Part shown: piece by piece, positions 8,285 through 17,900 of the stretch
Numbering within the stretch: position 1 is the stretch's first letter
How the letters are laid out: each line of letters begins with the position of its first letter
DNA from: Bacteroidota bacterium
GTDB taxonomy: Bacteria; Bacteroidota; Bacteroidia; Bacteroidales; PXBB01
NCBI GenBank assembly: GCA_022708385.1
Contig: JAKIYU010000002.1
Span: 1-34,186, forward strand
Length of the DNA stretch: 34,186 bases
Direction: 5' to 3'
Position numbers and translations under genes: made by a program
Notes under the pieces: generated by a model
Seen by the model: the letters and a program-made list of their open reading frames with translations, nothing else
Databases searched by the model: none
Told to the model about the DNA's origin: nothing

Positions 8285-9412
8285 ATGTTAGTCAAATATA
8301 AATTATTTTTGGTTTTTGTTGTGTGTGTGCTGATGATTAATATTAAATCATTTGGTTCGGAGCCGGCAGAAACATCGCATAAGGAAGCTACTGCGGGAAA
8401 CCATTCGGAAGCATTGCAAGAAGAGAAGTTTAATGCAGGTACCATGATCATAGATCATATTCTTGATGCTCACGAATGGCACTTGATGACCATTGGTAAC
8501 ACACACATATCTATCCCTTTACCTGTAATACTTATTTCTGACGGAGAGTTACACGTTTTTATGTCTTCACGTTTTCATCATGGGCATAGTACTTACAAAG
8601 GTTTTAAACTTGAAAAGGAAGGGAAAAATAAAGGAAAAATAGTAAAAACCAAAGCAGGCACAGACGAAACAGACGAAAATGCCCCACTACCCATTGATTT
8701 GTCAATAACAAAGAACACTGTTGCCCTATTTTTTAGTGTAGCCTTGCTGCTTATAATCTTTTTATCGGTTGCACGCAGCTACAAGAGAAATCAAAACAAA
8801 GCCCCAAAGGGTTTACAATCGTTGATTGAACCCATCATTATTTTTGTCAGGGACGATATTGCTCGGTCGGCTATTGGGGAAAAAAAGTATGAAAAATATA
8901 CACCGTATCTGCTTACGTTGTTTTTTTTCATTTTTATAAACAACCTAATCGGCCTTATTCCCATTTTTCCTGGCGGGGCAAACCTTACAGGAAATATTGC
9001 CGTTACTATGACGTTGGCACTTTTTACTTTTTTTATCACACAGTTTCTTGGAAAGAAAACCTATTGGGGGCATATTTTTAACACTCCGGGCGTGCCGATA
9101 TTTATGAAATTGCCAATACCCATCATGCCTGTTATTGAAATGATAAGTATGATAACAAAACCCTTTGTTCTGATGGTACGTTTGTTTGCAAATATTACAG
9201 CAGGGCATATAATCGCTTTGGGTTTCATAAGTTTGATAATAATTTTAGGGAAAATAAATATGGGGCTGGGATATGGCATCACGGTCATTTCAATACCCTT
9301 GTCCATATTTATGACCTTTGTCGAGTTGCTGGTGGCATTTATTCAGGCTTTTGTTTTTACATTGCTAACAGCCCTGTATTTCAGCGCGGCTGTAGAAGAA
9401 GCCCATCATTAA
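8285..9412 (+). CDS. atpB: F0F1 ATP synthase subunit a, with a long N-terminal extension
   Basis: 375 aa. The C-terminal part has the subunit-a core LMVRLFANITAGHII with the essential Arg, and EL.VAFIQAFVFTLL. The N-terminal ~145 aa are extra relative to the ~270-aa enterobacterial protein. Confidence 0.9.
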   Translation: MLVKYKLFLVFVVCVLMINIKSFGSEPAETSHKEATAGNHSEALQEEKFNAGTMIIDHILDAHEWHLMTIGNTHISIPLPVILISDGELHVFMSSRFHHGHSTYKGFKLEKEGKNKGKIVKTKAGTDETDENAPLPIDLSITKNTVALFFSVALLLIIFLSVARSYKRNQNKAPKGLQSLIEPIIIFVRDDIARSAIGEKKYEKYTPYLLTLFFFIFINNLIGLIPIFPGGANLTGNIAVTMTLALFTFFITQFLGKKTYWGHIFNTPGVPIFMKLPIPIMPVIEMISMITKPFVLMVRLFANITAGHIIALGFISLIIILGKINMGLGYGITVISIPLSIFMTFVELLVAFIQAFVFTLLTALYFSAAVEEAHH

Positions 9413-9466
9413 AAAGAAAGATAGAACTATTAAATATATGTATTTATTAACCAAATCAATTAAACC

Positions 9467-9748
9467 ATGACAACATTACTCAATGTGTTACTACAGGCAA
9501 CCCAGGTAGTCACAGATTTTTCGCACTATGCAAATTTTGCCAGAATGGCTGCTGCTATTGCTGCCAGTTTCGCTGTTATAGGGGCTTCTTATGGCATTGG
9601 TATTATCGGCAAAAGTGCGGTTGAATCTATTGCACGCCAACCCGAAGCTGCCAACGACATTCGTTCGAGCATGATTGTAACTGCTGCCTTTATCGAAGGG
9701 GTTACTTTCTTTGCCATTGTGGTGTGCCTGCTCATTCTGTTTGTGTAA
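9467..9748 (+). CDS. atpE: F0F1 ATP synthase subunit c
   Basis: 93 aa hairpin protein. Loop motif ARQPEA, Gly-rich helix 1 GASYGIGIIG, and the carboxylate in AAFIEGV. A later start at the internal Met of ...ARMAAAI cannot be excluded. Confidence 0.88.
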   Translation: MTTLLNVLLQATQVVTDFSHYANFARMAAAIAASFAVIGASYGIGIIGKSAVESIARQPEAANDIRSSMIVTAAFIEGVTFFAIVVCLLILFV

Positions 9749-9760
9749 CAAAATGTTCCA

Positions 9761-9795
9761 TTGTACCTCAACGGTTGGTTGAGGTACAATTTTTT
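9761..9795 (+). terminator. Intra-operon hairpin plus U-tract (partial terminator/attenuator or mRNA stabiliser) after atpE
   Basis: ttgtacctcaac (9761-9772) and gttgaggtacaa (9778-9789) form a perfect 12-bp stem with the 5-nt loop ggttg, followed by tttttt (9790-9795). It lies in the 103-nt atpE-atpF gap. Confidence 0.6.
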
Positions 9796-9851
9796 AAGAT
9801 TGCCGCTTAGGTTAGTTTGTTCAAAATAAATAATTAAAAAAACGTGATTGT

Positions 9852-10346
9852 ATGGAATTAATATCCCCAGGGCTAGGACTCGTATTTTGGATGATTATTT
9901 CATTCAGTATTGTGGTTTTTGTATTGGGAAAGTTTGCTTGGAAACCTATTCTAAAATCAATCAAAGACCGCGAACAGTCAATTGAAAATGCCCTTCAGGC
10001 TGCCGAAAAGGCTAAAGAGGAAATGAAAGCGCTCATTTTTAATAACGAAAAACTTAAAAAAGAAGCCATCGAAGAGAGAGATGCCCTGCTGAGCGAAGCC
10101 AGAAAAATAAAAGATGCTATTATTGAAGAGGCTAAAGTAAAGGCTAAAGAAGAATACAACAGAATTATCGAAAACGCAAAAGAAAGCATTGCTTACGAAA
10201 AAATAGCAGCTATGACCGAACTGAAAAACCAGGTGGCCATGCTCTCCATAAACATTGCCGAAAAAGTTCTCGAAAAAGAACTTTCGGAAGGCTCAAAACA
10301 GCAGGATTTCCTCAACAAGCTGCTCGATGATGTGAAGTTTAACTAA
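9852..10346 (+). CDS. atpF: F0F1 ATP synthase subunit b
   Basis: 164 aa. A single N-terminal TM helix followed by a long charged coiled coil (KEEMKAL...KEEAIEERD...), in the expected operon position. Confidence 0.85.
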   Translation: MELISPGLGLVFWMIISFSIVVFVLGKFAWKPILKSIKDREQSIENALQAAEKAKEEMKALIFNNEKLKKEAIEERDALLSEARKIKDAIIEEAKVKAKEEYNRIIENAKESIAYEKIAAMTELKNQVAMLSINIAEKVLEKELSEGSKQQDFLNKLLDDVKFN

Positions 10347-10360
10347 GTGCAGAACTACTG

Positions 10361-10918
10361 ATGAAAAACATCCGAATCGCTAACAGATATTCAAAAGCCC
10401 TGTTTACACTTTCAATTGAACAGCATCTTCTGGAAATTGTAAAAGAGGATATGGCTCTTATTGCTGCTGCATTTAAGCAAACTGTTGAATTGAAAAAGGT
10501 TTTGCTTAGCCCTGTTATAAAAGAAGATAAAAAAATCAATATTGTTCATCAGATTTTCCAGCCTAATATCAATGCTTTTACACTGCGCTTTATAGATATA
10601 ATAATTAGCAAAAACAGGTTTATTTACATTGATTTTATCGCAGAAGAATTTTTAAAATTATACAGAGCTTCTAAAAACATAGCGCTGGCCGAAATACAAA
10701 CTGCAGTTACCATTGATGCTGGGGCACGCAGCAAAATTATTGAAATTCTCAGAGGTTTTACCAAAAAAGAAATTGAACTGGTTGAGGAATTAAGAAGTGA
10801 ACTTATCGGGGGCTTTTTATTGAAAATTGACGATATTCAGTATGATACCAGCATAAGGTCCAAGCTGCTTAAAATGAAAAAAGAATTTAGTGTTAATACT
10901 TACGAAAAAGGATTATAA
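10361..10918 (+). CDS. atpH: F0F1 ATP synthase subunit delta (OSCP)
   Basis: 185 aa. N-terminal ANRYSKALF OSCP-type signature, in the expected operon position between atpF and atpA. Confidence 0.8.
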   Translation: MKNIRIANRYSKALFTLSIEQHLLEIVKEDMALIAAAFKQTVELKKVLLSPVIKEDKKINIVHQIFQPNINAFTLRFIDIIISKNRFIYIDFIAEEFLKLYRASKNIALAEIQTAVTIDAGARSKIIEILRGFTKKEIELVEELRSELIGGFLLKIDDIQYDTSIRSKLLKMKKEFSVNTYEKGL

Positions 10919-10936
10919 TTTTTAAAAAGAAACATT

Positions 10937-12526
10937 ATGTCGCAACAAATAAAACCGGCAGAAGTATCCGCCATCTTACGTCAGGAACTATCGGGAATGA
11001 ACCTGGCCTCAGAACTTGAGGAAACAGGGGTTGTACTCCAGTCGGGCGATGGTATTGCCCGCATATATGGCCTTACCAAGGTGCAATCGGGCGAAATGAT
11101 TGAATTTGAAAAAAACGGCATGAAAGCTATCGTGCTTAACCTTGAAGAAGATAATGTGGGCGCTGTTATTCTGGGTGATTACGTCCATATAAAGGAAGGT
11201 GATAAGGTAAAAAGAACAAACAAAATAGCTTCTGTTAAGGTAGGCGAAGGAATGCTCGGTCGTGTTATCAATACAATCGGCGAACCGCTCGATGGCAAAG
11301 GCCCGATAAAAGGCGATACTTATGAAATGCCCCTCGAACGTAAAGCACCCGGCGTTATTTTCAGGCAGCCTGTTAACCAACCCCTACAAACAGGGATAAA
11401 AGCTATTGATGCCATGATTCCTATCGGAAAAGGGCAAAGAGAGTTAATTATTGGCGACAGACAAACAGGTAAAACAGCCATTGCAATCGACACCATTATC
11501 AACCAGAAAAAGTTTTTTGACCAGGGAAACCCTGTGTATTGCATATACGTTGGGGTCGGACAAAAAGGATCTTCAATAGCTTCTACCGTAAAAATACTCG
11601 AGGACCATGGCGCCATGGATTATACTATAGTGGTTGCAGCAACAAGCTCCGATGCGGCTGCCATGCAATTTTATGCCCCCTATACAGGTGCTACCATAGG
11701 CGAATTTTTCAGGGATACAGGAAGACACGCATTGGTGATTTACGACGACCTCTCAAAACAAGCTGTTTCATACCGTGAAGTGTCCCTTATTTTACGCCGC
11801 CCTCCTGGGCGTGAAGCTTACCCGGGAGATGTATTTTATCTGCATTCGAGACTTCTCGAAAGAGCAGCCAAAATAATACAGTCTGATGATATTGCACGCA
11901 AAATGAACGACCTCCCTGAATCTATCAAAGACATGGTTAAAGGCGGTGGCTCCCTTACCGCTTTGCCCATCATTGAAACACAGGCAGGTGACGTGTCGGC
12001 CTATATTCCGACAAATGTTATTTCTATTACCGATGGACAGATATTTCTTGAAGCAAACCTGTTCAATTCCGGTGTGCGCCCTGCTATTAACGTAGGTATT
12101 TCGGTTTCACGTGTGGGAGGTAACGCACAGATTAAATCTATGAAAAAAGTAGCCGGTACACTAAAAATTGACCAGGCTCAGTTCCGCGAACTGGAAGCCT
12201 TTTCCAAATTCGGCTCGGACTTAGACCCTGCAACCAAGGCTACTCTCGATAAAGGAAGCAGGAATGTGGAAATATTAAAACAAGCCCAGTATGAACCCAT
12301 GGATGTCGAAAAACAAATTGCCATCATTTATTGCGGTACCCGCGGGTTGCTCAAAAATATTCCCATAAACAGTGTCAGGAAATTTGAAGAAGATTTTATT
12401 AATGTGATGGAACACCAGAATAAGAATGTGCTCGATTCGTTAAAAGCTGGCAAACTCACCGATGAGGATACCTCGACCATTGAAAAAGTAGCTGCCCAGG
12501 TTGCCGAAAAATTTATGAAACAGTAA
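10937..12526 (+). CDS. atpA: F0F1 ATP synthase subunit alpha
   Basis: 529 aa. Walker A GDRQTGKT, plus [48 protein letters not shown], a highly conserved alpha-subunit block. Confidence 0.97.
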   Translation: MSQQIKPAEVSAILRQELSGMNLASELEETGVVLQSGDGIARIYGLTKVQSGEMIEFEKNGMKAIVLNLEEDNVGAVILGDYVHIKEGDKVKRTNKIASVKVGEGMLGRVINTIGEPLDGKGPIKGDTYEMPLERKAPGVIFRQPVNQPLQTGIKAIDAMIPIGKGQRELIIGDRQTGKTAIAIDTIINQKKFFDQGNPVYCIYVGVGQKGSSIASTVKILEDHGAMDYTIVVAATSSDAAAMQFYAPYTGATIGEFFRDTGRHALVIYDDLSKQAVSYREVSLILRRPPGREAYPGDVFYLHSRLLERAAKIIQSDDIARKMNDLPESIKDMVKGGGSLTALPIIETQAGDVSAYIPTNVISITDGQIFLEANLFNSGVRPAINVGISVSRVGGNAQIKSMKKVAGTLKIDQAQFRELEAFSKFGSDLDPATKATLDKGSRNVEILKQAQYEPMDVEKQIAIIYCGTRGLLKNIPINSVRKFEEDFINVMEHQNKNVLDSLKAGKLTDEDTSTIEKVAAQVAEKFMKQ

Positions 12527-12551
12527 TATTCATTAATTCAGATACTATCAA

Positions 12552-13445
12552 ATGGCAGGTTTAAAAGAAGTCCGTGTCCGCATTGCATCTGTTGAGTCAA
12601 CAAAACAGATAACGAATGCCATGAAAATGGTTTCCGCTTCTAAACTCCGGAAGGCTCAAAATACCATTGTCAGACTCAGGCCATACGAAGCTAAAATGCA
12701 TGAAATATTGCATCACATTCAATCAAAAATTCAGGATTTACCATTGGCTGATTTTGCTCAAAAAAGAGAAGTAAAAGAAGCACTGATTATTATAATAACA
12801 TCCAATAAAGGCCTGTGCGGCAACTTCAATTCATCTGTAATTAAAGAGGCCTTAAATACCATCAATAACAAATATGCCCAGCTAAACAAAGAAGGCAAAC
12901 TGGATATCATTACCATTGGGCGTAAAGGATCAGATTATTTCAGAAAGCGCAGGTATAATGTGATTAATGAATTTGACAGCTTGTTTCAAAACCTGACTTA
13001 CGAAAATACTGAAGCTGTAATAAAACCTGTGATGAACAGTTTTATTGATGGCCATTATGATGCTGTGGATATTATATACAACAAGTTTAAAAACGCATCG
13101 GTACAGATATTATCTAACGAATGTTTTCTTCCTGTCGAAACTGATTCCTTTACAGCTACACATAAGAAAAAGAATAAATCGGATGTGGATTATCTGTATG
13201 AGCCCGATAAATTGGAAATTGTAAGCCAGTTAATACCCAAAATTCTGAAACTCAGATTCCATAGAGCTATACTTGATTCGAACGCTGCTGAACATGGCGC
13301 ACGCATGACGGCTATGCATAAAGCTACCGATAATGCAACAGAACTTATTAAATCGCTGCGCTTATACTACAATAAAGTGCGGCAAGCCACTATCACAAAA
13401 GAAATTCTTGAAATTGTAGGAGGGGCAGAAGCCCTTAAAGGGTAA
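12552..13445 (+). CDS. atpG: F0F1 ATP synthase subunit gamma
   Basis: 297 aa. N-terminal IASVESTKQITNAMKMVSASKLRKAQ and C-terminal NKVRQATITKEILEIVGGAEAL gamma signatures. Confidence 0.93.
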   Translation: MAGLKEVRVRIASVESTKQITNAMKMVSASKLRKAQNTIVRLRPYEAKMHEILHHIQSKIQDLPLADFAQKREVKEALIIIITSNKGLCGNFNSSVIKEALNTINNKYAQLNKEGKLDIITIGRKGSDYFRKRRYNVINEFDSLFQNLTYENTEAVIKPVMNSFIDGHYDAVDIIYNKFKNASVQILSNECFLPVETDSFTATHKKKNKSDVDYLYEPDKLEIVSQLIPKILKLRFHRAILDSNAAEHGARMTAMHKATDNATELIKSLRLYYNKVRQATITKEILEIVGGAEALKG

Positions 13446-13453
13446 TAGCCGTT

Positions 13454-14308
13454 TTAAAGACCGACAACCATAATACTAAAATCCCTTGGATTAACACACA
13501 TGACCGGTATTTTGGCTGTGTTGAACAGTATCTGCTCATCCCATTTGCCCCAGTTGAAAACCGGTAATACGGCATCGGGCTCGGTCATAATCATTATCAG
13601 GTCGGCTTCTACATATTCGGCATATTTAATCACCGCTTTGGCAAAGTTGCCGCCTTTCTCGTCATTTACCTTAAGGATATACTCAATGTTGTTTTCGTCG
13701 AAGAATTTTTTTATTTGTTGTGTGTTTCTGTAAACACGTGCGGCAATTTCACTGTCCGATTCGTTGGATGTTATTACATGGACTATCGAGTTAAATATTT
13801 TGGCGATATGTATGGCCCATTTCACTTTCTGCTTCGACTCAGTCGAATCGTCTATCGGGAAAATGATACTTTTATAACCGTGTTTGAAATGTTTTTCCTG
13901 CACCACTATAAAAGGTACTTCCGATGCAGAGATAACCTTCAATGCCCAACTGCCCGTAACATGTTGCATGCCTTTTTTTCCATGTGTACCCATAATTACA
14001 AAGCGTGCACCTATTTCCTTGGCTACCGAGGCAATATCGGTAAAAATGCTTCCTTCACGGGCAATGTATTTTACAAAAACTTTGCTTTCTTCTGATGCTT
14101 TGTCAACTATCTTCTGTAATTCCAAGTCAACATAATTTTCAGGAAGGTTGTCGCGGCGAATGCGTGCGCGCGTGTCTTTATTAATAACATGGAAAATATA
14201 TACATCATAATCTATGGTCTGAGCAATACCCAAAGCGTGCTCAAGTGCATATTCGGCTATATGTGTAAAATCGTATGGTACAAGAAGTTTGTTTTTGGGT
14301 GTATCCAT
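13454..14308 (-). CDS. Tandem universal stress protein (two UspA domains)
   Basis: The track ORF starts at a TTG (14329). I prefer the ATG at 14308 (MDTPKNKLLVPYDF...). There are two Usp-like halves. The first carries a nucleotide-binding-like Gly motif, GTHGKKGMQHVTGS. The second (MIMTEPDAV...) lacks it. Confidence 0.78.
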   Translation of the reverse strand: MDTPKNKLLVPYDFTHIAEYALEHALGIAQTIDYDVYIFHVINKDTRARIRRDNLPENYVDLELQKIVDKASEESKVFVKYIAREGSIFTDIASVAKEIGARFVIMGTHGKKGMQHVTGSWALKVISASEVPFIVVQEKHFKHGYKSIIFPIDDSTESKQKVKWAIHIAKIFNSIVHVITSNESDSEIAARVYRNTQQIKKFFDENNIEYILKVNDEKGGNFAKAVIKYAEYVEADLIMIMTEPDAVLPVFNWGKWDEQILFNTAKIPVMCVNPRDFSIMVVGL

Positions 14309-14359
14309 ATATTTTAAATTAAGAGGCAAATTTATAAAAAAAGTTTAATATGTAATTTT

Positions 14360-14944
14360 TTATAATGATAAAAGTTCTTTAATTTGTGATAAATGTATCA
14401 TTTTCTTTTCCTGACGTAGTTTTTTTGCAGAGTTTGTAAAAAAAGTGTGTTTAGATAAAAAATCGTTTTGAATAAAATACCAGTCTTTTAATGTTGTGAT
14501 AATACCATATTCCATCCATTCGTGCTTTAGGCGCATGGCATTCATAAAAAAATCATCTCTTCCCAAATAGTCGAGGTCTGCATCACTGAGTATTTCATCA
14601 AGCAAAGAATGGGGTGTTTGAGGTATTCTTGTGGCCATTATCATTTGCGAAATGATGTCAATATCATGGGTCTGGTATCCAAATTTTGGAAGGACATCTT
14701 GAGCTATCATAACTGATATTTCCTCATGCCCCTTGTACTTTAACAAAAAACCGCTGTCGTGATACAAAGCGGCAGTTTGCAGAAGCAGCAGGTCTTTTTC
14801 GTTGATTTTTTCCATGGCTGCAATTACCGTAGCCGAATTAAATACATCAATGGTGTGTGATATACCGTGGTATTTAAGGTCGGGGTTAAGTTCCTTTTGA
14901 AGTTTATCCAGTATGTATTTCTTAGTACCTTCTAAATCTATCAT
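14360..14944 (-). CDS. Stand-alone HD-domain metal-dependent phosphohydrolase
   Basis: 194 aa. H...HD...D metal ligands are present: YHGISHTIDV, AALYHDSGF, SDADLDYLGRDDF. Its ATG overlaps the stop of the upstream cyclase gene (ATGA, 14941-14944). Confidence 0.8.
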   Translation of the reverse strand: MIDLEGTKKYILDKLQKELNPDLKYHGISHTIDVFNSATVIAAMEKINEKDLLLLQTAALYHDSGFLLKYKGHEEISVMIAQDVLPKFGYQTHDIDIISQMIMATRIPQTPHSLLDEILSDADLDYLGRDDFFMNAMRLKHEWMEYGIITTLKDWYFIQNDFLSKHTFFTNSAKKLRQEKKMIHLSQIKELLSL

Positions 14945-17900
14945 TCCTTAAGTAATTGATTATACATTTCTTTAAATTTTATATTGGGGATAAAACCTTC
15001 TTTGTCGTGTGATAGTTCAGGTCTGATACGGTAAACAAAGTTCATGTCAACTTCGCCTTTGTGCTTGGCTGCTACTTTGCCTCTGTATTCGCATACAAAG
15101 AAATCTTTAACAATCCTGTAGGTGGCCCCGGATATATTAATTTTATCAGGTTCACTCGTCGATTCCATACGGCTGGCTGTATTTACTGTATCGCCCCATA
15201 TATCATAGGCAAATTTTTTCTTACCAACCACACCAGCGATAATTTCACCTGTATGTATTCCTATCCTTAAATGCCATTTGGTCTGTCCTTTCTTTTCCTG
15301 TTCTTCTTGAAGCTTTTTAATGAAATTCAGAAATTCGAGAGCTGCCAGTACAATATCTATGGCATGTGTGTTGTTTTTAATGGGTATGCCACCGGCGCAC
15401 ATATACGAGTCTCCTACTGTTTTTATCTTTTCAAGATTGTGGCGTACACAGACTTCATCAAAATATACAAAGCATTTGTTAAGCTCCTTGATAAGTAATT
15501 CGGGGTCAAGTTGTTCGGCTATTTGTGTAAACCCTGTAAAATCGGCAAAAAGCACACTAACATTAGGATAGTATTTGGCTTTGGCAAATCCTTTTTCTTT
15601 AAGTTCCTCGGCAATTTTATAGGGGAGGATATTTAACAGCAACCTGTCCGATTTCTCTTTTTCTTTTTCCAGCTCCTTTTTCTGTTTAAAAAGTTCTTCT
15701 GTGCGGCTTTGTACCTGGTTTTCAAGTTTGAATTTGGCTTCTTTCAGTTTCTTGTTGCTGAATTTTATGAGTATATAACTAAAACAAAATATTAAAATAA
15801 CGTAAATAATATAGGCAAAAAATGTTCTGTACCAGGGCGAGAGAATTTCAAATTCAAAAACAGCTTCCTTGCCTTCATTATCGAATATGTTTTTGGAATA
15901 TACCCTGAAAGTATATGTCCCGTTAGGCAGGTTCGTATACTCTTTCTTTGCCTCTGTTGTCCAGTCCGACCATTTCTTGTCAAAACCTTCCAGATAATGC
16001 TTGTACTGGTTCTGAGACTCATCGTAAAAATATAAAGAGGCGTATTCAAAAATAATTGAATTGTAAGAATAAGATATTTTGTGTGTTTCTTCAGCAGGTT
16101 CACTATTCTCAGGCTGCATATTAAAGGGGTGAATAAAAGGCAGATTATAACCACCGAAAAATACCGAATCATTTTCAAGAACAACCCTTCGGATAAGCGT
16201 ATTGAAGTCCTTATTATAATAAAAGGAAATATTTGCATTATACCTGTACAATCCTTCATCGCTGCATATCCAGGTTACCCCATTGGATTCTGTGTAAAAA
16301 TTCCATATCTCTGCTTTGGGTATGGGTTTAAAAGGCAATACGGAAAAGAATTTTGTTTTATCAACCTTTCTTTCAACACAAAGCACCAGTTTTTCCCCGC
16401 TCGATTTTAAAGTACCCTGCAACCATAGGTTTCCCTTTTTATCCTGTTTAAAAACAGTAATGACTCCCTGTGAGGATAAAATTTTATTCAGAAAAGTGTT
16501 ATAAGGCTTAAAAGTGCCGTCCTCACAAAAATAAAACAAGCCATTCTCGCAGGCAAAAAGCAAGTACCCTGCATATTCATTGATGTAAACAGAACCATCA
16601 AGGCTCTTGTTTTTATAATTTTGATATAATACAGCTTTATAGCCAGTTTTGCATGTGTCATCAGCCTCACAGGGTTTCAGATGTATGACACCATTGTACT
16701 GGGTGCCAAGCCAAAGCTCACCGTTTCTTGTTTCTCCTATGCTGATGATGCGTTGGGTAATGTGTTCTATAGTGTCGGGAGGAGAAAAGGTTACATTCTT
16801 ACCTGTAGTATCCATTTTAATGATTACTGCACCGCTTTCAAGTCCGGCAAGAATATAAGCTGTATTTTGTCCGATCCTATGCAGTTTGTTGGTGTTTCCC
16901 TTATAAATATTATAAGATGTGTCGTTGTTAATAATAAAAATACCATCAGTTGAGGCCGTAAGTAAAATGTCGGGCTGTTGCGCTAATTTGATTTTTAAAA
17001 AATCCCAGCAGGTGGAGGTTATGCCTTTTACAGGCTTGAATGCGAGAATATCAACATGGTTGTTTTGAGCTTCGTTGCTTAGCCCTTTTAAATCCATATA
17101 ATACACACCCTGCCAGGTGGCAGCATAAATGATGTCGTTAAAACGTATAACCGAAAGTACACTTCCTTTCAACCCGGTAGCATCGTTCCAAAAGCTTATG
17201 GGTGAGTTAATTTCGGCTTTCGAAATGCCATTGTCTAATGCCAACCAGATAGCCCCCTCTGCATCTTGAAATATGTAATAATGTGTGTCGTTATATATGC
17301 CAATACTTTTATTTAATATTTGAACCAGATTTCCTTGCTTGTCCATAATGACTGTACCGGCACGAGAGGTGGCAAAAGCAAAATTTCCGTCGCGTAAATT
17401 TTTAGCTGTTTGAAAACGGTTCTTTAAAAGAAAATTATCAATCTGTGTGGCAAACTTTTTAATGTCCAGAGCTTTGTTGTAATTGGCAGGGTCAATTTTA
17501 TTGACAAGATACATCCCATAGTCGCGTGTGGAAACCAGAATGTTTTTCTTATCAAAGTTAAGTATGGTTTGTATGTACTTGTCCTTAAAGAAATCTCCAT
17601 TTTTAAGGTGAAAAATACTGTCCTTGACAAAAAATCCCAAACCGCCTTCCGAATCCCAACTGTAAAGGATGTCAGATATTTTATAAAGGTTACTTATTTT
17701 AGGATATTCGGTAATATTTATAACGTTGTTTACAAAATGCAGTTTCGAAACGTTGTTGCTTGAAATGATCATCATTTCATCAGCTCCGGTAAAGTAGATG
17801 TTATAAATAAAACCAAAATCATAAGTTTTTTCCTGTATATAGGGCATTAACGAAAAATACGTCATTTGTCCTTTTTTATCAGGAGCAAGGTAGCCTAATT

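Noticed and set aside
13715-14095. 126-aa ORF antisense to the USP gene. Similar shadow or alternate-frame ORFs occur at 20083-20466, 15792-16259, 16081-16410, 11009-11380, 1278-1619 and 30676-31026
   Set aside because: All lie entirely within well-supported conserved genes and have odd composition with no motifs. They are most simply explained as frame shadows.
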